Of a DNA stretch of 64,000 nucleotides, positions 31,701-41,600 are shown one piece after another. Source of the stretch: Auanema rhodensis (taxonomy: Eukaryota > Animalia > Nematoda); contig OZ059895.1 in assembly GCA_964057225.1 (NCBI GenBank), positions 17,360,001 through 17,424,000 on the forward strand, given 5' to 3'. Numbering within the stretch: position 1 is the first letter of the stretch; the number at the start of each line of letters is the position of its first letter. Below the pieces are notes generated by a model. The model worked only from the letters and a program-made list of their open reading frames with translations, was not told the DNA's origin and made no database searches. A program made the translations under genes and the position numbers.

Positions 31701-34549
31701 GCCATCGTGAGGCATTTCTTAACGAGGACAGGAAAATAGGCTTATTTAAAGGTCCTATAGAGCATACCATACCATTGAGAACAGATATGGATATGCCAAA
31801 GCCGAGAATAACACGTATTCCCTTAGGAAAACAGGAAGAAATTGAAAAACAAGTCAAAGAAATGCTTGAGCAAGGCATAATAGAGCCTTCTACATCTCTA
31901 TTTAATAGCCCTGTAGTACTAGTTAAGAAGAAAGATGACACGTATAGGTTTGTGACAGATTTTCGAGCTTTAAATAATGTCACACGCAAGCAAACTTATG
32001 TCATTCCAAGCATTTCTGACATAGTTGATTTGGCAGCAGGCGCCCAATTTTTCTCAAACTTCGATTTAGTGTCAGGATTTTTTCAAATATCCTTGAGAAA
32101 ATCAGATCGACCACTAACAGCATTTACGACCACATCCGGCACATACCAGTACAAACGGATGCCGATGGGCCTTTGTGGAGCCCCTCATACCTTTCAAACA
32201 GCAGTAAGGTATTTGCAAAGTAAATGTTCTTGTAAACTATTTGTTTATTTGGACGATCTATTAGTTATATCTGATACAAGAGAACAACATCTCAAAGATA
32301 TCGATGATTTACTGCAAGCAGTAGAAGAATTGGGAATGAAGATAAAGCTTAAGAAATGCGCTTTTGCTCAACCAGAAGTGAAATTTCTAGGACTTATTGT
32401 AGGACGTCAAGGTATAAAACCTGACCCTCAAAAAGTCGCCGCCATACAAGATTATCCGGCACCAAAGAATGCAACAGGTGTACGAGCATTCTTGGGAATG
32501 GTTGGATTCTTTCGCAAATTCATGAAAGATTTTGCACGTATCGCAAGCCCTTTATACGATCTGACAAAGGCAGATACTGAATTCAAATGGGAAAACAAAC
32601 ATCAAGAAGCTTTAGACCTCCTTAAAAGAAGTTTAATACAGGCACCCGTTTTAAGCCCACCTAAATCGGACCGCTTGTTTATAGTTGAAAGCGACGGTAG
32701 TAACATCGCCATAGGTGCTGTATTATTACAACCGGAAGATCCAAAACAACCTCTGAAAAATCTACACCCTATCGCATTTGCAAGCAGAAAACTAGTTAAA
32801 GCCGAACGTAACTACGCACCAATCGAGATAGAAGCATTAGGCCTTGTATATGCATTAAATCAATTCCGTACATACATTCTTGGAACTCATACTATATGTA
32901 TTACGGACCATCGACCTCTTACCAGCTTAATGACACGCAGAGACTTATTTGGTCGTCTTGCGAAGTTCCAGCTGGTCATCCAAGAATATGATATTGAAAT
33001 AAAATATCGCGCAGGCCAATTAAATAAAGTATGCGATGCTCTATCTCGATATATAGGTGAAGAAGCTAACGATGCTAAGCCGGAAACAAAGAAGAAGAAA
33101 ATGGAAGAAATTCACATTAACGCCATAAATACACCAACAATAAAGGAAATTCAACTAAGCACCCCTTGGATTAAACGGACGATAGCGGAGATTGAATATA
33201 GAGCACAAAAGAACATGACAGCTAATGACAGATATTGTGTCATAAATGACTTGCTCTATACAAAACCAACAGACAAAAAGCCACAACCCGCTATCGTAAT
33301 ACCACAAGAACACCCCATAATTGAGGAAATAATCAAAGTTTTTCATGAGGATCCTACAATTGCAGCACATCAAGGAATTATTAAAACAAAAGAAGCAATT
33401 CTAAGAAGATTCTATTGGACAAATATGCAGAACGACATTACTATATTCATCAAGAACTGCATTAAATGTGCTCAAAGAAAAAAAGATCCACATTCCATGA
33501 CGGTACAACCAATAGGTCATTTTGAGATACCAAGCAAGCCATTTGAACGAGTCCACATGGACGTAATGGGACCATTTCCCCCTTCAAAAAGAAACTGTAC
33601 CTACGTCATTACCATGCAAGACGCATTTACAAAATGGTCAACAACAATTGCTGTACCACAAATAACAACGGAAATCACAATTGATCGATTTCTAAGACAT
33701 TTCGTTTACATTTTTGGACCACCCCATCGCTTGATCACCGATAGAGGTTCAAACTTTGTATCTAAAAAGTTCGAAGAAATGTGTACTAAACTTGGAATCA
33801 AACATGAACCAACACTACCACACCAAAAGAACTCAAATGGACAAGTGGAAAGACTTCACCGAACCCTCGAAGAAGGATTAACCCACTACTTAAAAGAGGA
33901 CCTTAGTGACTGGGATACTGTATTACCAAAAATCACTTTTGCTATTAACAATATTCAGCACGCGACTACAGGGATTGCGCCATACATTGCATTATTCGGT
34001 AAAGAATGCAGAATGTCAATGGACGCTGAATTACCAGAAACGATCACCAAAATTCAAGAAATTTCTGAAGAATTACTCCAAAGAAGACCAGATATGGACA
34101 AGAGAGACGAAATAATAAAGAACCGCATAGCTAAAAATCAAGAAAATGCGAAAAAGAAGAAAGATAGAACGCAAAGAGCACACCATAGAGACATTCAACC
34201 GGGCGACATGGTGATGACGACTATAAAATCACACCAAATCGGCCAAAAGCTTCGGAAAAGCTATGATGGACCATGCGAAGTCATCAACGTAGAAGGATCA
34301 AAAGTTCAAATCAGAAATTCATCAGGAAAACTACAAGATATCCACAAAGATAACTTGAAAATCTTCTCTCCTGCTTCACAAAACATCTCTTACAACACTC
34401 GCGCAAGGTTTCGAGAAAGTCAAGCAGAAGAAGATAGCGACATCGAAATAATAGAAGTGATCAACAGGAACAACAAGGATAGCATAGATACAGAGCCAGA
34501 AGATGAAAATGAAGACGAAATATGGCTTCCGAGGAATGAAGAAGAATAA
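25790..34549 (+). CDS. E2 Gag-Env-Pol polyprotein (probable AUC start at 25790; ORF-track GTG at 25844; first in-frame AUG at 26843)
   Basis: Gag; signal peptide (LAVALSVILSLVTTAEA|YQLC, mature Env from 27875); gB-like Env; TM ~30599-30676; PPSY at 30725; protease LWDSGS (30926); RT YLDD (32246-32257); RNase H; integrase HHCC (~33344-33469) and DDE. Single open frame. The start position is inferred. Confidence 0.95.
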   Translation: MPHITKHSRFFRTKSDSKVARRYSSAVPALYPSESSDDIAVASRTRSRTRLLSVQIEEPEQEVKPKVEKTFIPREGTYSPPDNTEEDPDFYIQDYNIQTSASTPKVHSFKSNKKIQKIQKPKQITSNTSPATPHLNLSTLSVNTDNDLASSFELTLTPQAFSTPIENSQLNKTSSLTIRKSPLSVITDKLDSKKLDSKKINKRKTNTPRRRSTSNNPVEPNQEITEVLPLSLTTDKFKSKKSLTARLIKVLNLSPGEVTTEQVDNSLHVSSNPTLNKSDSAIPSSSVSIHSTPQATSRIIKLPGKRFSSAAPTISYPTSGNSKKGGKNLTARSSGSKGITSSRTYPEDIPTMTETPRLPGAGKSTIAHALSSPYCPIYDGSRNFRDFVAKFNTFSNALGLVMPERLTILPLLLKNDRAEEAYLELPDKVRTAGPWVTLIEELTSKLCPEYNQDPALITLQNSTQGDLSIDGFAQTLRNLSLNAFSNSDTHKDHILRSTFLRGLKNTIRPGVIRAKPKTFAEAVDSARWEESIANQVADPQALLVNAIERTFPPRRNNGGRGMARGYQSFNNKNYQNYNNYNNYHPNFQNNQNYHKFSKNQKGWNFQNPFARNRNFGDRGRNYQNQNQNGYQRSHNASQNQEMSNNRQRNNSTFRGNNNNRGRGRGSRVNNLTLISPLTLAVALSVILSLVTTAEAYQLCTKATGGALLRPPSLRKCLLPPIKHILRTKVHLYTRNQTAHEWDAWRCSKEIHKMCIRDLLFLRDTNTTIARIEKIPAAECRLAVRDRRWNWSELKKIDSITYATDEPSFSPGRSFNNELCEEKARLVIERGVMTRMPDETIISNLILNTEGCLAHHGECASDTSIIIWEKQPYEYRCNYIDMSEYDVIIGDGIILLPTTQSALVIDQKEIPKQISSCFKQPIFHTTTGNYILLPQYPNDTNIHVLIEREYKKLPAKRDKRAIAECTVELNKEWIQKQEDFETLILNICPYPFLRPVMSNPGIYQIIPLIKARRAVNPSYSIIDWVSAHPEKFYFFLRSPVSDKSIQRFLQTYEIHDPEEAILYFLAQKELAATTRGAIRYLTSQQLLEQIGDRLTAHEFDEKLLEKDGSYRERAESIAMELAYTPVIFENNLSVPSRQEVLKSFVNMPPIRPTLTTDNADERIVLRNTLYLYHNLMTLRVIRPNKTAAAVDDEKFRQLTINVPDTNKLYRDKDSNYGISIGPHPRIQNPSADTRQLLIKTFLPLLEDIETPPYLTRRLSLTTTTDKPASLVQETTKSHTTRIPTTTTVETTTAAITTTLSPTTLATVTDTASRILRKQRTSSPPVETREIQAQATYTASKVNNEIQFNLNVSRRIAQDHLQYTTTLIQEELQKHFMESYESICEIQNRYLELWRSILHIEPTIAMRTILGREDIAARFVGSDIVHVHICLPLQPKAVYHNHKINDTCYLETPVITEDERLYFAAPGSRDLLTHGKEIDCEHVPTDVYYQNGEWININGSVEVKPISLFDKAQYHQLTPLKFTGANLYTNLSLRVYSMSTAIAYGASLASIRQNHVLHTIHNDPKITSAFNLLKKGSDYISKAAEFTTSAWTSVKQFLIGSIERTLIFIGSMVTIAAVLIILFVVAKFWFFRATPLTVMHVHEIDNEPPSYEETLELVSRPDQQMPDNIMKQYYPALVTFIPIAIPFVASIVSAETKLPLIYISVEDKLILALWDSGSSVSYVRLSTLKYLNMAENVKKRHLVAMAANKSTFTFYGKINLVIEIAGYEIEHTFLVSNDHDCPAPALIGLDFMKALDSENIDVSLKPSKKRLEIGNNAIPLIGNESIKHTEITVNIINLRTKTLKPDEEAPIPIKTDKPLESNEVVVLGDSGSALKSLYPTAFRDTSGVYVMFRNNTDETIAMEANSVIGQAIIGEIPACEPFKHKPILPYVPPEADWESKLPYFPRDFIKDLDLENADLTKEEKHELTKIIESHREAFLNEDRKIGLFKGPIEHTIPLRTDMDMPKPRITRIPLGKQEEIEKQVKEMLEQGIIEPSTSLFNSPVVLVKKKDDTYRFVTDFRALNNVTRKQTYVIPSISDIVDLAAGAQFFSNFDLVSGFFQISLRKSDRPLTAFTTTSGTYQYKRMPMGLCGAPHTFQTAVRYLQSKCSCKLFVYLDDLLVISDTREQHLKDIDDLLQAVEELGMKIKLKKCAFAQPEVKFLGLIVGRQGIKPDPQKVAAIQDYPAPKNATGVRAFLGMVGFFRKFMKDFARIASPLYDLTKADTEFKWENKHQEALDLLKRSLIQAPVLSPPKSDRLFIVESDGSNIAIGAVLLQPEDPKQPLKNLHPIAFASRKLVKAERNYAPIEIEALGLVYALNQFRTYILGTHTICITDHRPLTSLMTRRDLFGRLAKFQLVIQEYDIEIKYRAGQLNKVCDALSRYIGEEANDAKPETKKKKMEEIHINAINTPTIKEIQLSTPWIKRTIAEIEYRAQKNMTANDRYCVINDLLYTKPTDKKPQPAIVIPQEHPIIEEIIKVFHEDPTIAAHQGIIKTKEAILRRFYWTNMQNDITIFIKNCIKCAQRKKDPHSMTVQPIGHFEIPSKPFERVHMDVMGPFPPSKRNCTYVITMQDAFTKWSTTIAVPQITTEITIDRFLRHFVYIFGPPHRLITDRGSNFVSKKFEEMCTKLGIKHEPTLPHQKNSNGQVERLHRTLEEGLTHYLKEDLSDWDTVLPKITFAINNIQHATTGIAPYIALFGKECRMSMDAELPETITKIQEISEELLQRRPDMDKRDEIIKNRIAKNQENAKKKKDRTQRAHHRDIQPGDMVMTTIKSHQIGQKLRKSYDGPCEVINVEGSKVQIRNSSGKLQDIHKDNLKIFSPASQNISYNTRARFRESQAEEDSDIEIIEVINRNNKDSIDTEPEDENEDEIWLPRNEEE

Positions 34550-35243
34550 CAACAAGATAATGCTACGTTATTTAAATTATTGTAACAAAATAACGATGAA
34601 TTAAAAAAAAAAAAAAAAAATTAATGCTAAATAACATTCAAAATAAAAATAGCATTTAATAGAGATTGAGAAAGGAAAAATAAGGCAAATTCTAAACGAG
34701 GAGATGTTATGACTAATGGTTCCAAGTTACCGTAATCCTATGCGGACTAGAGGACATTTTGACAACCATCCGAGCTCCATGTGCCTCTCCAAATAAGATG
34801 AGATGAACACTGGTAGGCGTATCAACCACAATTTCATCTTAAGTGGTAGTCTCCATTAGTAATCAAGGATTCACTCTGGGAGACATATGGAGACACATTA
34901 TTAAATCATAATCTCGGTTCAATTTAGAAATGAGTACTTCTTGAGACCATTAGTCAAAATAATAACATATTCCCATTCATTACTAGCCCCTTTATTCTAC
35001 AATCTCTATTAGGAAATGCTTGAATATTAAGATAATTAATTTATGAAATTAATAATATTCTAATTCATCGTCCCTTCATATTATATTGAACCCTTCTTAT
35101 AAATTATTGTAATTTTGTTTGTATACTAACTAAAACTCTATCATACTATAGTTATTGTGAAGCTAAAACAATTGAACTCTAAAACTCAGTTACATATAAG
35201 CCCAAATTTTTGTTTAAAATATCGCGAGGTCGCGACAATCTTT

Positions 35244-35254
35244 GAAAAAGGGCA
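35244..35254 (+). other. E2 polypurine tract (GAAAAAGGGCA)
   Basis: Purine run abutting the 3' LTR. Confidence 0.75.
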
Positions 35255-35620
35255 CGTTCCATTCGGAGACTCTATATATGTAACTGCAGGGTTAGAGCCA
35301 GACCGACTAGAGGAATGAGGAATGGCACCGCCTTCCCTCATGCCCCTATTCGGGAGTTCGCCCCTTTGCAAGCCCATGGACGGTTTGCATCTAACTTAGT
35401 TAATCTTATATATTAGTCTTTGTCTTGTAAATGTAGTTTACTTTATCCTTGTGTTAATGTATTGTAATGATATTGTATTGTGTATAATAAACCTATATAT
35501 TTCCTTATCTTATGTAATCCTTATGCTCTGTTTCCATACCGCTACACTTATGGAATACTATACGCGTAGTTGAGCAGACTACAATGGTCTGTTCAATATA
35601 CGTAGGAGCATAATGGAACG
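35255..35620 (+). repeat. E2 3' LTR (366 bp)
   Basis: Direct repeat of 23547-23912. Confidence 0.96.
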
Positions 35621-38600
35621 AGGCATCGTTTTAGACTTTCTCAAACTATTTTTAGGATTCATTCGTGCTTCTCAAAGCTTTTACTTCAGGTTACATCTTC
35701 TCTTATTCATTCGAATGAAATATTTTACTTCAATACGGAGCAGTATTTTTAAAAGTGACAAAGTGATTATTATCGACAAATGAAAACAACTTATCAAGCC
35801 TCATTGGCTCAGGGGCAGAGCGTCTGTCTAGTAAACAGAAGGTCGCTGGTTCGATTCCAGCATGAGGCATCGTTTTAGACTTTTTCAAAATATTTTGAAG
35901 ATTAATTCGTGCTTCTTGAAGCTTTTACTTCAGGTTACATCTTCTCTTATTCATTCAAATGAAATGTTTTACTTCAACACGGAGCAGTATTGTTAAAAGT
36001 GACAAAGTGATTATTATCGACAAATGAAAATAACTTATCAAGCCTCATTGGCTCAGGGGCAGAGCGTCTGTCTAGTCGATTCCAGCATGAGGCATCGTTT
36101 TAGACTTCTTCAAACTATTTTGAGGATTAATTCGTGCTTCTTGAAGCTTTTACTTCAGGTTACATCTTCTCTTATTCATTCGAATGAAATGTTTTACTTC
36201 AACACGGAGCAGTATTGTTAAAAGTGACAAAGTGATTATTATCGACAAATGAAAATAACTTATCAAGCCTCATTGGCTCAGGGGCAGAGCGTCTGTCTAG
36301 TAAACAGAAGGTCGCTGGTTCGATTCCAGCATGAGGCATCGTTTTAGACTTTTTCAAACTATTTTGAGGATTAATTCGTGCTTCTTGAAGCTTTTACTTC
36401 AGGTTACATCTTCTCTTATTCATTCGAATGAAATATTTTACTTCAACACGGAGCAGTATTGTTAAAAGTGACAAAGTGATTATTATCGACAAATGAAAAT
36501 AACTTATCAAGCCTCATTGGCTCAGGGGCAGAGCGTCTGTCTAGTAAACAGAAGGTCGCTGGTTCGATTCCAGCATGAGGCATCGTTTTAGACTTCTTCA
36601 AACTATTTTGAAGATTAATTCGTGCTTCTTGAAGCTTTTACTTCAGGTTACATCTTCTCTTATTCATTCAAATGAAATGTTTTACTTCAACACGGAGCAG
36701 TATTGTTAAAAGTGACAAAGTGATTATTATCGACAAATGAAAATAACTTATCAAGCCTCATTGGCTCAGGGGCAGAGCGTCTGTCTAGTCGATTCCAGCA
36801 TGAGGCATCGTTTTAGACTTCTTCAAACTATTTTGAGGATTAATTCGTGCTTCTTGAAGCTTTTACTTCAGGTTACATCTTCTCTTATTCATTCGAATGA
36901 AATGTTTTACTTCAACACGGAGCAGTATTGTTAAAAGTGACAAAGTGATTATTATCGACAAATGAAAATAACTTATCAAGCCTCATTGGCTCAGGGGCAG
37001 AGCGTCTGTCTAGTAAACAGAAGGTCGCTGGTTCGATTCCAGCATGAGGCATCGTTTTAGACTTTTTCAAACTATTTTGAGGATTAATTCGTGCTTCTTG
37101 AAGCTTTTACTTCAGGTTACATCTTCTCTTATTCATTCGAATGAAATATTTTACTTCAACACGGAGCAGTATTGTTAAAAGTGACAAAGTGATTATTATC
37201 GACAAATGAAAATAACTTATCAAGCCTCATTGGCTCAGGGGCAGAGCGTCTGTCTAGTAAACAGAAGGTCGCTGGTTCGATTCCAGCATGAGGCATCGTT
37301 TTAGACTTCTTCAAACTATTTTGAGGATTAATTCGTGCTTCTTGAAGCTTTTACTTCAGGTTACATCTTCTGTTATTCATTCGAATGAAATATTTTACTT
37401 CAATACGGAGCAGTATTGTTAAAAGTGACTAAGAGATTATAATAGAGAAATGAGAATAACTTATCAAGCCTCATTGGCTCAGGGGCAGAGCGTCTGTCTA
37501 GTAAACAGAAGGTCGCTGGTTCGATTCCAGCATGAGGCATCGTTTTAGACTTTTTCAAACTATTTTGAGGATTAATTCGTGCTTCTTGAAGCTTTTACTT
37601 CAGGTTACATCTTCTCTTATTCATTCGAATGAAATATTTTACTTCAACACGAAGCAGTATTGTTAAAAGTGACAAAGTGATTTATATCGACAAATGAAAA
37701 CAACTTATCAAGCCTCATTGGCTCAGGAGCAGAGCGTCTGTCTAGTCGATTCCAGCATGAGGCATCGTTTTAGACTTCTTCAAACTATTTTGAGGATTAA
37801 TTCGTGCTTCTTGAAGCTTTTACTTCAGGTTACATCTTCTCTTATTCATTCGAATGAAATATTTTACTTCAATACGGAGCAGTATTGTTAAAAGTGACAA
37901 AGTGATTATTATCGACAAATGAAAACAACTTATCAAGCCTCATTGGCTCAGGGGCAGAGCGTCTGTCTAGTAAACAGAAGGTCGCTGGTTCGATTCCAGC
38001 ATGAGGCATCGTTTTAGACTTTTTCAAACTATTTTGAGGATTAAATCGTGCTTCTTGAAGCTTTTACTTCAGGTTACATCTTCTCTTATTCATTCGAATG
38101 AAATATTTTACTTCAACACGGAGCAGTATTGTTAAAAGTGACAAAGTGATTATTATCGACAAATGAAAATAACTTATCAAGCCTCATTGGCTCAGGGGCA
38201 GAGCGTCTGTCTAGTAAACAGAAGGTCGCTGGTTCGATTCCAGCATGAGGCATCGTTTTAGACTTCTTCAAACTATTTTGAGGATTAATTCGTGCTTCTT
38301 GAAGCTTTTACTTCAGGTTACATCTTCTGTTATTCATTCGAATGAAATATTTTACTTCAATACGGAGCAGTATTGTTAAAAGTGACTAAGAGATTATAAT
38401 AGAGAAATGAGAATAACTTATCAAGCCTCATTGGCTCAGGGGCAGAGCGTCTGTCTAGTAAACAGAAGGTCGCTGGTTCGATTCCAGCATGAGGCATCGT
38501 TTTAGACTTTTTCAAACTATTTTGAGGATTAATTCGTGCTTCTCGAAGCTTTTACTTCAGGTTACATCTTCTCTTATTCATTCAAATGAAATATTTTACT

Positions 38601-41600
38601 TCAATACGGAGCAGTATTGTTAAAAGTTACAAAGTGATTATTATCGACAAATGAAAACAACTTATCAAGCCTCATTGGCTCAGGGGCAGAGCGTCTGTCT
38701 AGTAAACAGAAGGTCGCTGGTTCGATTCCAGCATGAGGCATCGTTTTAGACTTTTTCAAAATATTTTGAAGATTAATTCGTGCTTCTTGAAGCTTTTACT
38801 TCAGGTTACATCTTCTCTTATTCATTCGAATGAAATATTTTACTTCAATACGGAGCAGTATTGTTAAAAGTGATAAAGTGATTATTATCGACAAATGAAA
38901 ACAACTTATCAAGCCTCATTGGCTCAGGGGCAGAGCGTCTGTCTAGTAAACAGAAGGTCGCTGGTTCGATTCCAGCATGAGGCATCGTTTTAGACTTCTT
39001 CAAACTATTTTGAAGATTAATTCGTGCTTCTTGAAGCTTTTACTTCAGGTTACATCTTCTCTTATTCATTCGAATGAAATATTTTACTTCAATACGGAGC
39101 AGTATTGTTAAAAGTTACAAAGTGATTACTATCGACAAATGAAAACAACTTATCAAGCCTCATTGGCTCAGGGGCAGAGCGTCTGTCTAGTCGATTCCAG
39201 CATGAGGCATCGTTTTAGACTTTCTCAAACTATTTTTAGGATTCATTCGTGCTTCTCAAAGCTTTTACTTCAGGTTACATCTTCTCTTATTCATTCGAAT
39301 GAAATATTTTACTTCAATACGGAGCAGTATTGTTAAAAGTGACAAAGTGATTATTATCGACAAATGAAAACAACTTATCAAGCCTCATTGGCTCAGGGGC
39401 AGAGCGTCTGTCTAGTAAACAGAAGGTCGCTGGTTCGATTCCAGCATGAGGCATCGTTTTAGACTTTTTCAAAATATTTTGAAGATTAATTCGTGCTTCT
39501 TGAAGCCTTTACTTCAGGTTACATCTTCTCTTATTCATTCAAATGAAATGTTTCAATTGAATATGTAAACGCATTGTTGAAAGTGACTAAGAGATTATAA
39601 TCGAGAAATGAGAATAACTTTTTAAGCCTCATTGGCTCAGGGGCAGAGCGTCTGTCTAGTAAACAGAAGGTCGCTGGTTCGATTCCAGCATGAGGCATCG
39701 TTTTAGACTTTTTCAAAATATTTTGAAGATTAATTCGTGCTTCTTGAAGCTTTTACATCAGGTTACATCTTCTCTTATTCATTCGAATGAAATATTTTAC
39801 TTCAATACGGAGCAGTATTGTTAAAAGTGACAAAGTGATTATTATCGACAAATGAAAATAACTTATCAAGCCTCATTGGCTCAGGGGCAGAGCGTCTGTC
39901 TAGTAAACAGAAGGTCGCTGGTTCGATTCCAGCATGAGGCATCGTTTTAGACTTCTTCAAACTATTTTGAGGATTAATTCGTGCTTCTTGAAGCTTTTAC
40001 TTCAGGTTACATCTTCTGTTATTCATTCGAATGAAATATTTTACTTCAATACGGAGCAGTATTGTTAAAAGTGACTAAGAGATTATAATAGAGAAATGAG
40101 AATAACTTATCAAGCCTCATTGGCTCAGGGGCAGAGCGTCTGTCTAGTAAACAGAAGGTCGCTGGTTCGATTCCAGCATGAGGCATCGTTTTAGACTTTT
40201 TCAAACTATTTTGAGGATTAATTCGTGCTTCTTGAAGCTTTTACTTCAGGTTACATCTTCTCTTATTCATTCGAATGAAATATTTTACTTCAACACGAAG
40301 CAGTATTGTTAAAAGTGACAAAGTGATTTATATCGACAAATGAAAACAACTTATCAAGCCTCATTGGCTCAGGAGCAGAGCGTCTGTCTAGTCGATTCCA
40401 GCATGAGGCATCGTTTTAGACTTCTTCAAACTATTTTGAGGATTAATTCGTGCTTCTTGAAGCTTTTACTTCAGGTTACATCTTCTCTTATTCATTCGAA
40501 TGAAATATTTTACTTCAATACGGAGCAGTATTGTTAAAAGTGACAAAGTGATTATTATCGACAAATGAAAACAACTTATCAAGCCTCATTGGCTCAGGGG
40601 TAGAGCGTCTGTCTAGTAAACAGAAGGTCGCTGGTTCGATTCCAGCATGAGGCATCGTTTTAGACTTTTTCAAACTATTTTGAGGATTAAATCGTGCTTC
40701 TTGAAGCTTTTACTTCAGGTTACATCTTCTCTTATTCATTCGAATGAAATATTTTACTTCAACACGGAGCAGTATTGTTAAAAGTGACAAAGTGATTATT
40801 ATCGACAAATGAAAATAACTTATCAAGCCTCATTGGCTCAGGGGCAGAGCGTCTGTCTAGTAAACAGAAGGTCGCTGGTTCGATTCCAGCATGAGGCATC
40901 GTTTTAGACTTCTTCAAACTATTTTGAGGATTAATTCGTGCTTCTTGAAGCTTTTACTTCAGGTTACATCTTCTGTTATTCATTCGAATGAAATATTTTA
41001 CTTCAATACGGAGCAGTATTGTTAAAAGTGACTAAGAGATTATAATAGAGAAATGAGAATAACTTATCAAGCCTCATTGGCTCAGGGGCAGAGCGTCTGT
41101 CTAGTAAACAGAAGGTCGCTGGTTCGATTCCAGCATGAGGCATCGTTTTAGACTTTTTCAAACTATTTTGAGGATTAATTCGTGCTTCTCGAAGCTTTTA
41201 CTTCAGGTTACATCTTCTCTTATTCATTCAAATGAAATATTTTACTTCAATACGGAGCAGTATTGTTAAAAGTTACAAAGTGATTATTATCGACAAATGA
41301 AAACAACTTATCAAGCCTCATTGGCTCAGGGGCAGAGCGTCTGTCTAGTAAACAGAAGGTCGCTGGTTCGATTCCAGCATGAGGCATCGTTTTAGACTTT
41401 TTCAAAATATTTTGAAGATTAATTCGTGCTTCTTGAAGCTTTTACTTCAGGTTACATCTTCTCTTATTCATTCGAATGAAATATTTTACTTCAATACGGA
41501 GCAGTATTGTTAAAAGTGATAAAGTGATTATTATCGACAAATGAAAACAACTTATCAAGCCTCATTGGCTCAGGGGCAGAGCGTCTGTCTAGTAAACAGA

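Larger units (their letters stand above)
23547..35620 (+). mobile_element. E2: full-length env-bearing Ty3/gypsy-type LTR retrotransposon, 12,074 bp, sister family of E1
   Basis: Two 366-bp LTRs (no difference seen by eye), TSD AGGC (23543-23546, 35621-35624), PBS, PPT and an intact polyprotein colinear with E1. Confidence 0.97.

Noticed and set aside
31117-31989. 290-aa antisense ORF over RT (and 12972-13424 in E1)
   Set aside because: Shadow of the conserved pol frame; the lengths differ between the two elements and the composition is not protein-like.
9517-35620. E1 and E2 as one composite element, or assignment to BEL/Pao or Ty1/copia
   Set aside because: Each has its own LTR pair and TSD, separated by normal array. 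PR-RT-RH-IN order, YLDD-type RT motifs, a GPF module and no triple zinc knuckle fit Ty3/gypsy.
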